The position numbers were made by a program, and so were the translations under genes. A DNA stretch of 63,644 nucleotides, the filler included, from Phoronis australis (Eukaryota; Animalia; Phoronida): the NCBI GenBank assembly GCA_002633005.1. It is 8 parts of 8 records of this genome, joined end to end, with 100 filler letters (N's around TTAATTAATTAA, not from the genome) between each part and the next. Parts side by side here need not be neighbours in the genome. Positions count along the whole stretch, not along the records: positions 38,630 to 55,666 come from NMRA01001497.1; positions 55,767 to 58,179 come from NMRA01001734.1; positions 58,280 to 63,644 come from NMRA01002355.1; 5 more parts are not named here. The stretch is one strand, 5' to 3'. A model generated the notes under the pieces. That model was not told where the DNA came from and made no database searches. It saw nothing but the letters and a program-made list of their open reading frames with translations. Below are positions 55,401-63,644 of the stretch, one piece after another. Numbering within the stretch: the first letter of the stretch is position 1; the number at the start of each line of letters is the position of its first letter.

Positions 55401-55446
55401 TATATATATATATATATACATGTATATATATATATATATATATATG
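55401..55446. repeat. (AT)n microsatellite with a TACATGTA interruption
   Basis: Directly visible. Confidence 0.95.
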
Positions 55447-55570
55447 TTGCATTAAAAAGTAAGCTGTTCTTTGCTTTAATTACTTTGTACAACAGACTTT
55501 CGTAGTGTCTACACAATTCTCTTTCATCGGATGGTAGTTGATACAATAGATCTCCCAGTGTAAGTGGCAT
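55447..55570 (-). mobile_element. Possible Penelope-like element N-terminal fragment
   Basis: MPLTLGDLLYQLPSDERELCRHYESLLYKVIKAKNSLLFN resembles Penelope-like ORF starts; short. Confidence 0.35.
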
Positions 55571-55766
55571 CACGAACACATATATATATAAGTAAATATA
55601 TAATAAAACTCTGTACAAAACATATCATAATAAAACAGTAGCGGTACTTCGACTATACATCAGTCANNNNNNNNNNNNNNNNNNNNNNNNNNNNNNNNNN
55701 NNNNNNNNNNTTAATTAATTAANNNNNNNNNNNNNNNNNNNNNNNNNNNNNNNNNNNNNNNNNNNN

Positions 55767-57648
55767 GCTAGATTGTAATCAGCTGATCATATCCGCATGA
55801 GCGAAGCCAATTATTCTCGCTCGTGACTCGATGACTAGAGCAGCCTGGCGGCATCCCTTTGATCGTGAGCCGAGTGCGACTCAGCCAAGGTGGATAAATA
55901 CGGTCTAGTTCAATTTTCCATACCCCGCCGTTTACCTTAACTACTGGGGTTAGAACCAATTTTATTTAGTGGGAATGTTCATAGCATGGTTGAAACCCGG
56001 TTTCCCAAACGGGTAAAATCGGAAGCTAGGATTCATCAAATTTACGCTCTGTGACGTATTTGTAGCCTATGGCAGCCTTTCTACAAAATTGTGGTGCATT
56101 GCTATCAACTTCCGTTGTTAAATTACGATAATTTTTCAAAAAATTTTGCTCATCACTGGGTGAAAACTTGCCGACTGATGCGTCGCTGAATCGCGATCGT
56201 CAATAGGAAAACTTGTACTCTTAAATAAAAATATAGTTTCGACTCAACAAATTACCTGAAATCTTCCTGTTTTACAATTTTTAAAGTTCCTGTGGAGTCC
56301 AGATTAATTGCGATTAAGTCCAAATGTGCGCTACATCGTACTCCACAACACGAGAAAAATCTCTGGATGCACGCACATGTTGTTGTCACGTGACGTTTGT
56401 TTTGAAGGTCGTCTGTGTATGAGAGTGAGTGAGCGTGCGTGTACGGGTCATCGACGATAGACTTTGTTGTTACAAAAGGCGAAGGATTATGCAAGAAAAT
56501 GGCGTTTACTAGATTGTTTTTCACTTAAACGGCTGTAACGTGCAAGGTGAGTGCGCTCGCAGAGTCACATCTCGGAAGTTTCCGGTTTGACGATCTCAAT
56601 GAAATTACACAAAGTCGTTTTAGAGCTTGTAATAGCTATACAAAACGTATTTTGAGTATTAAAATGNATGCGTCGCTGAATCGCGATCGTCAATAGGAAA
56701 ACTTGTACTCTTGAATAAAAATATAGTTTCGACTCAACAAATTATCTGAAATCTTCCTGATGTTTTACAATTTTTAAAGTTCCTGTGGAGTCCAGATTAA
56801 TTGCGATTAAGTCCAAATGTGCGCTACATCGTACTCCACAACACGGGTCATCGACGATAGACTTTTTTGTTACAAAAGGCGGAGGATTATGCAAGAAAAT
56901 AGCGTTTACTAGATTGTTTTTCCTTAAACGGCTGTAACGTGCAAGGTGAGTGCGCTCGCAGTCACATCGCGGAAGTTTCCGGTTTGACGGATGACAAAGA
57001 ACGATCTCAATGAAATTACACAAAGTCGTTTTAGAGCTTGTAATAGGTATACAAAATGTATTTTGAGTATTAAAATGCATTTTTTCCAAAACCTAAATAA
57101 CACACGGAGTAGTTCTACATTTATACAATCCTAACTTGGGTCCTATATTTTTGTATTCGTGCGCGCCGAATGAAAGTAATCATTAGTGTTTCTGTGTTGC
57201 AAAATCTCTTATCCTGGGCCAATTTGAAAAATTCAAAGTTGTATTCGTATTTGTTTTCGCTCCTCTTTTCAAATATTACAGTAAAAACTACGTAAAATNG
57301 CAAAATATCTTATCCTGGGCCGATTTGAAAAATTCAAAGTTGTATTCGTATTTGTTTTCGCTCCTCTTTTCAAATATTGCAGTAAAAACTAAGTAAAATT
57401 CTCTCCATAAAAAGTACAGTTGTTAGGCTAGACTGTAATCAGCTGATCATATCCGCATGAGCGAAGTCAATTATCCTCGCTCGTGACTCGATGAATAGAG
57501 CAGCTTGGCGGCATCCCTTTGAGCATGGGCCGAGCGCGTCTCAGCCAAGGTGGATAAATACGGTCTAGTTCAATTTTCCATACTCCGCCGTTTACCTTAA
57601 ACACCGGGGTTAGAACCAATTTTATTTAGTGGGAATGTTCATAGCATG
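55767..57648. repeat. Region of local duplications around 'n' joins
   Basis: 55767-55988 ~ 57427-57648; 56178-56666 ~ 56668-57077 (with indels); ~57205-57298 ~ 57305-57398. Confidence 0.85.
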
Positions 57649-58339
57649 TCGTTTTTTTTTTGCTTCGATTAGAGATCCTTTTGCCATCCATCCAGCGTCT
57701 CATCTACCAAAGAATTAGGAACACCATCGCCTTCTAGCCGGTTCCATATTGATCGTGCCGCGTCCACACCAAATACAGCGAGGACAGAAGGCGAGATCAT
57801 CCGATCTAACGGCTGCTGAGCTTGCGTCGCGCATGCGTTAGATTTGTTTGCATTCGTTTGTTCACATGTGTGTCTGGCTTACTATGGAATTTACTGTCAT
57901 TAAAAATTTCGCAACCCGGACGTTTTTCAATCGTAAGAGCCACATTATTAGATAGGCCTTTATCAGTTCTAGATGATTACACAATAAGCAAAAGATAAAT
58001 AAGATAATTCCTATGTAATTATCGTTTCGCATACCTGACTGGTCTGAAAATATTATTTAATAATAAAAGCCAAGAGCAGTGGCGGATTTAGAGGGGGCAA
58101 GGGGGCCATGCCTCCCCCCCCTAAAACTCTCCCAGATTACATTTGGCAGTTAGAGGGTGCCAACGTCTGACGGGCAAAANNNNNNNNNNNNNNNNNNNNN
58201 NNNNNNNNNNNNNNNNNNNNNNNTTAATTAATTAANNNNNNNNNNNNNNNNNNNNNNNNNNNNNNNNNNNNNNNNNNNNAAACAAAACGAAATTGTCTGT
58301 CAAACTCTTTTTGTCACAAGCGAAGTAGAAACATGTGGC

Positions 58340-58719
58340 GTAATGGTTGTGACATCTCTTGGTTTCACATAGTTCAATTGCCACTGAACGAAGTAAGATG
58401 CTTCTTAGTTATCAAACTATGGAAGGAATTGAAATCACTGTTAAGTCATTTGTTGAAGCGTGTACATTTCTATTGAATAATGGTGACAGTTTTGTATTGA
58501 GTGATCATTCTAATCAAGATCCAATAGAGCAGTGGTTTGCAATGCACAGGCATACTGGTGGTTCAAATGAAAACCCAGATGTTAATCAGTTCAATTTCAA
58601 AACTGTGTCACTTCGAGTACAGTGCTATGAAGAAATTCAATGCCAATACAAGAGGTGTCCCCGATGATAAGGTTATTGACAACACTCCGCTACCCAAGAG
58701 ACAGAGAAGTGGTCTTTAA
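58340..58719 (+). mobile_element. P-element/THAP9-like transposase, 3' fragment
   Basis: LLSYQTMEGIEITVKSF...FVLSDHSNQDPIEQWFAMHRHTGGSNENPDVNQF matches the P-family QD..E.FF...R..GG...NP motif. Frameshifted tail ends PLPKRQR; AATAAA at 58888. The 5' part is lost in the gap. Confidence 0.85.
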
Positions 58720-59470
58720 CATCTGATGAATGGTCAAGGTTGTAATAGTTAGATTTTGCTCAATATATTGACAAATTCATAGTCAACTGGACGTAATATG
58801 TGTTGATGTACACAAAACAGTATTGTGATACTGCGTTAGTTTCTGTTAGATGTAACAATTCAATCAACTTCACAAGCCCGTTAATTCAATAAAACTGTAC
58901 ATATGTATTTAAATCAGTTGCTTTCTCTATTTACAGATGAGGTCATTGAACCAGCTGCTGTCTATTTACAAATTAGACTCAAAATACTGAGCTATTACGA
59001 TATTTTTGCTAAAGATGCACATTGCATTATTTTCAGTACTTCATAACTCATCAGTCGAAAGGTGTCACAAAATTACAGATCATTCAATAAGTTCAGTTAG
59101 CATTAAGTTATTTGTGGAATGTTTTACATTGAAATATGTTCTGCAAAATTTTGAACAAAAGTGAAATGGAAAGAGTAGCTACTAATGACAAGGTCTCTTT
59201 ACTATGAACATCCAAAAGGCACGAGCACCTTTCTGTGTGATGAAATGTGCTTATTCAACATACACTTGCTTAGTCAAGGCAGTAGTATTAGTTATTGGAT
59301 GCACATAATTGCTTCTTAAACAATTACCTTTGACTGAATGACCAATTCTGCAAATTGAATTATCAATCCACAGTAATAAGTCTAGGCATTCAGTAACTCC
59401 TGAGTGTTCCCTAAGCACATTTCAATGCATAAAACTGTACTCGTTTACAACTCCTTAGGCACAACAAAAT

Positions 59471-61600
59471 TTACATATTAGATATATTTTTTAGTGTCTT
59501 CCTCAAGCCCTTCTCATACTTAGGATTCTTTGACTCAGTTTTCTGGTAGCTTTCAAGAAGTTTTTTTTGGAAAGAAAACCCCCTGATGGTGACGAACAAT
59601 TTCACAAACATTGACAAAACATCTAACTTAAGCCCTTGAGTAAACCCAACGGTGGCGTTCTCCCACTTAGACAGTAAAATTTCATTTTGTAGCGCGCTAC
59701 TCAACACCCCATCCCTCAGATCAACCCCCATAGTAACAGTCCACAGACTCTCTACTGAACAAAGATTTCACCACAAGTTCAAGCTCAACAATGTACTCTA
59801 CTAGAGCCTTGGATGGGCGCACTAACCCCCCACGGTCACTGATTGATACCCAGTCCTTTGTTCCAACAACCTGATCTTTGTTACACAGAGTTTGTAGTAG
59901 TTGAACCATTTTATGTCCCTTTTTACGATTACCAACTTTTGTCAATAGACGAGCACACATTGCACCAGAAATGTACTCCAATGCTTCTTTCTCTATAAAG
60001 CTAACTTCAGCATCCACACTAGAGCTGTGCTTTTTAGAGTTTTCCTTGAGACTGTCTTTCAAAACAACGTCTACTCACATAGGATCCTAAAGCTCGACGC
60101 TTGGTTATCTGACAACTGGTCTTTAGGAGGCCAGTTCCCTTTTCAATGAACTCCTCATCAGTCAAGTTCAGATGATACGCCTGCCACATTGCTTCACGTT
60201 GTCGACTGGGTAGAACAAAATGGCCCTCAGCAGTAAGACATTCCCAGACAAAGTCTGCCATGAACTGCAGAGAACCACTATGCCTAAAACCAGCCAGAAC
60301 TTCTATGATCTTTCTACCGGCAGCTGATAACTTCATGAATTTGTCATTTTCAACTTCTCATACAGCCATATCAATGTAGGCGTTCATTCTCTCCTCGAGA
60401 ATGTCTCGTGTGAATGCTGACGATACCTTTTTACCTAAAAATAGGAAAAGAATTAAATTACTCCCAACAATAACTTTAATGTAGGTCAGAAAAAAATTAC
60501 CAATTAGGTCTAAATCAACAAGCTAAAGCTATTGTTAACAATGTTTCACTCGACCTTGCATGAGTACGAAATCAATATCTAACTCATACAGACTGAAGTG
60601 CCAATGTGTTTTACCCTCGGCCTAACACAAAGATTGCACAGACCTAAGGATTTTTAGGACCAGCCTCCTTCATTCAGATAGGTATAAACTAAATTTGCAT
60701 CCTGAATAATTAAATTGTGACAGGTATTTCACATTTATCTGAATGTTAAAAGCCAGTATTACATAATTTTTTCATGTGTTCAACTTCATGTTGTAACAAA
60801 TTAACAGCAAAAAACTCGGTGCATGAATTTGAACATTTATAACATACAAAGTTTTTTCATCACACTGCATTTCCTGTGCTACAACCTCCCGGGGGTGTGT
60901 GGTGAACTAGCAACCATTCTAGATATAAATCCTTTTCTGCTTCATGCTACTCGACTTGCTTCTGGTCTTCAAAAGTTCGGGAACTAAAAGAAAATCAACA
61001 GTTAAAAACAGTGACACGCTTCCAGCGTCTATGTTTTAATGAGAGAGGTGAGGTTAGTATTTACATTCTCGCCCAAATTAAAACGTTCAGATTTTTCTTC
61101 TACCAAGGAACCAGTGCACTTTTCCTTATATCTTATTTCTCTAGTTAGTCTCGCTACATGATGATACGAGTTTTACGAGGACGTGACGAACAGAACTAAC
61201 TGGGCTGTGTGAAATTTCGGTTCTAAACGAGCTCAACACACAGTGGCACTCAGCTGAACCTTGACGATAGCCTAGTTAATAGCTGGTTAGCTAGTCTCTA
61301 TAACATGTACGATGTTTTACACCATCGAGTCGACAGCCTAAACATTAAATTACTTAACTTACCAGAGAAAGACAATGACGGGTCGCGATTTTTCACGTGC
61401 CTTGTGATTCCGGATGCCGTTTTCAACTCTTTTTGGCACACAGGACACTCGTACACAGCATCGACATCGCCGACCATGTCGACTTTCATGACTTTTGTCC
61501 TTTATTGTTCTACAGTATCATCGCTGCTATTGCTGACATCGTCGTCTTCAAAACTAACATCAAGTATACTATTCCAATCAAAGCTATCATCAAACGAAAT
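59471..61600 (-). pseudogene. Two-exon C2H2-finger gene with P-transposase-like C-terminal domain (decayed)
   Basis: Exon 1 has an acidic stretch plus YECPVCQKELKTASGITRHV and ends at a GTAAG donor (61363). Exon 2 starts after TTTTTAG at 60434 in matching phase. It has a stop and two frameshifts and contains ALEYISG...WVSISDRGGLVRPS...LFVTIRGFS...KGLRKTLK. Confidence 0.7.
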
Positions 61601-62624
61601 TAAAACTATCTTTAGAATACATGATAAATGAAACGACTTCAGAAACTCTGCTACAAAGAATATGGCGACTGCATTCTCGTCACTCGAGAGAATACACGTG
61701 AATCAATGTTCAGTAATCATCGCAGTCCAGAAATGCCCGATAGAAGGGTTGATTGCGCCTTAACTCCGTGGCGCCAATGTTTTGTACGACGACCGACGGA
61801 CTGAAAAGATTGCAAGCCCGCAACGAAGCTCATATCAATAGGGTTTGCCGCATTGCTATTCCTTCTCTTACTGGTTCCTAGGTGAAAATGACTTGGAAAT
61901 AGTACAAACAAAAATCAATTCATTTTTTAACCAGCAACAACTCAATGATGAGTAATACCTATTCAACACGAAAAAGAAAGCTTAAATGCAGCTGTTCATA
62001 CGTATTCACCAAAAACAACACGACACAATCAAAACTTCATGGAACTGTGCCATTCAGCTGTTCAATCAAGAACCTTGGGACAAGGGAAATCTACAGTGAA
62101 GATGGCAGAGGGAGCAAGGCTAACTGTGACTGCAAACAGTAACATGGAGCAATGAAAGCACTACACCCTGCAAAGTGAAAGTCAACCGAAGTGTACAAAA
62201 AGGTCAGGTATTATCTGAGGGAATGACTACCCAATACAAATCTCCCAAGGGTACAAGTTTAAATAAACCACCCTGCCACTATAAGAGGTAGTTAACAGAG
62301 GAGACGACAGGACCACCAGCAGCACTAAACAAGCGGGCTCTTTTACCTGTGCTGAAGTCCAAAGTGGGAATTGAGGACGTGATTGGTGTAATGACGTGCC
62401 TAAACACAAAGCTACCATCAGCGCAGAGCCTACAAAGCAAACTGAATGCCATGGGTAAGACTGCAACTCAACTTGGCGAAAATCAAATGCTGGAAAATCA
62501 GCGTTATGTTCAGAATGTGACAAGCATGGCTAGAGTCACGTGACTTTTTCCCGCCACATGTGAATTTGAATTTCTGAAAATTTTCCACCTAATTTTGACG
62601 AGAAACAAGGCCTAATATCAAACC

Positions 62625-63420
62625 ATGGAGGACGAAAACAGAAAAAGGAACGCCAGCACCAAAAGCACTGCACTAAATGTGATTTCTAAGAAGTTGATGT
62701 AAACTACACTGGATTTTAGAAGTATTACCCCAGTCCGTGAGGCAGATCGCAGTACATGTGAAAGTGATCCTGAAATCCTGAGGTTTCAAAAGGCACTTAC
62801 ATCGCCAGAAGTGATCAAAACTTTGAGAGAGCAACTAATAGATCCTGCCCTAAACGAGATTAAGAGCTTCTATGAATCCAAACTAAAGGAAAAGGACGAT
62901 CAGATTCATGACCTCAAAGTGCAAGTGAGTGACCTTCAAAATAGTGTGGACAGTCTCAAGCAATATTCTCGTCAAAATAACATAGTAATCCACGGAATCA
63001 ACGAGCCAGATAACGAACGCAAAGGGGACACAGATAAAGCTGTTATTGATCTTGGCAAAATGCTTAATATCGACATTAATTACTTAGACATAAGTAGATC
63101 TCATAGACTAGGACCCAAGAAACCCAATCAGTTAAGGCATATCATAATCATATGCAAATTCATAGCTTACAACACCAGTGCGATGTTTCTCCACCATAAA
63201 AGTAAACTCAGATCCCAAGTCAGACCACTGTACATTAACGAAAAATTTGACCAAAAGAAGATGCAGTCTATTTGCTCGATGTCGGCGCCTCGTGAAGTCA
63301 CACACAATAAACAGAACCTGGACCCATGATGGAAACATTTTGATTCAACTGAAAGACAACAAGATCAAGCAAATCTCTTCCAAGACAGACTTACTTGTGC
63401 TCGAAAACTGTGAACTATAG
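62625..63420 (+). mobile_element. LINE ORF1 remnant (coiled coil + RRM-type)
   Basis: LKQYSRQNNIVIHGINEP...DISRSHRLG...IICKF...LYINE, then frameshift to LTKRR..LF...WTHDGNI. Confidence 0.8.
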
Positions 63421-63644
63421 TCTGTACTCCGCATCAATTGGCAAGTATGATTTGTAGAACGCAACACATATTATTCAATGTAAAATATGGTGTACTCCCT
63501 TAGTCAACTCTCGCCATGTTTGTTTACTCTGTTCTGGCGCAGCCCGAGTCTTTTTCACTCCGAGTCTACTCCTACAGGCCACCCATTAATAAACAAATTC
63601 TCGTCTTTAACCCACTCATCCGTTTACAGGTGCAGTGCTTATAA

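Noticed and set aside
13053-58279. Identical TTAATTAATTAA motif recurring seven times
   Set aside because: Always centred in 44+44 Ns: an artificial all-frame-stop gap spacer, not biology.

Overview
Repeat-rich, AT-rich eukaryotic draft-assembly scaffold, most likely from an invertebrate animal (GT-AG introns, LINE/LTR/DNA transposon debris). It has seven 100-nt gap spacers and several single-'n' joins that duplicate flanking sequence. Host genes: (1) three 5' exons of a short-chain dehydrogenase/reductase; (2) a tandem cluster of three paralogous single-coding-exon genes for secreted LRR(~17)+Ig proteins, one a pseudogene, one intact, and one split by an apparent haplotype-overlap artifact that exposes amino-acid polymorphism on the predicted LRR binding face. 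Mobile DNA: a hAT (ZMYM1-like) remnant with an upstream vertnin/OTU-like exon, a Gypsy remnant with Gmr1-type order (gag-PR-INT-RT-RH), a P-element transposase 3' end facing a convergent zinc-finger gene that carries what looks like the P-transposase C-terminal domain, several LINE remnants, MITEs and minisatellites. All family assignments come from motif recognition by eye; no database searches were run.
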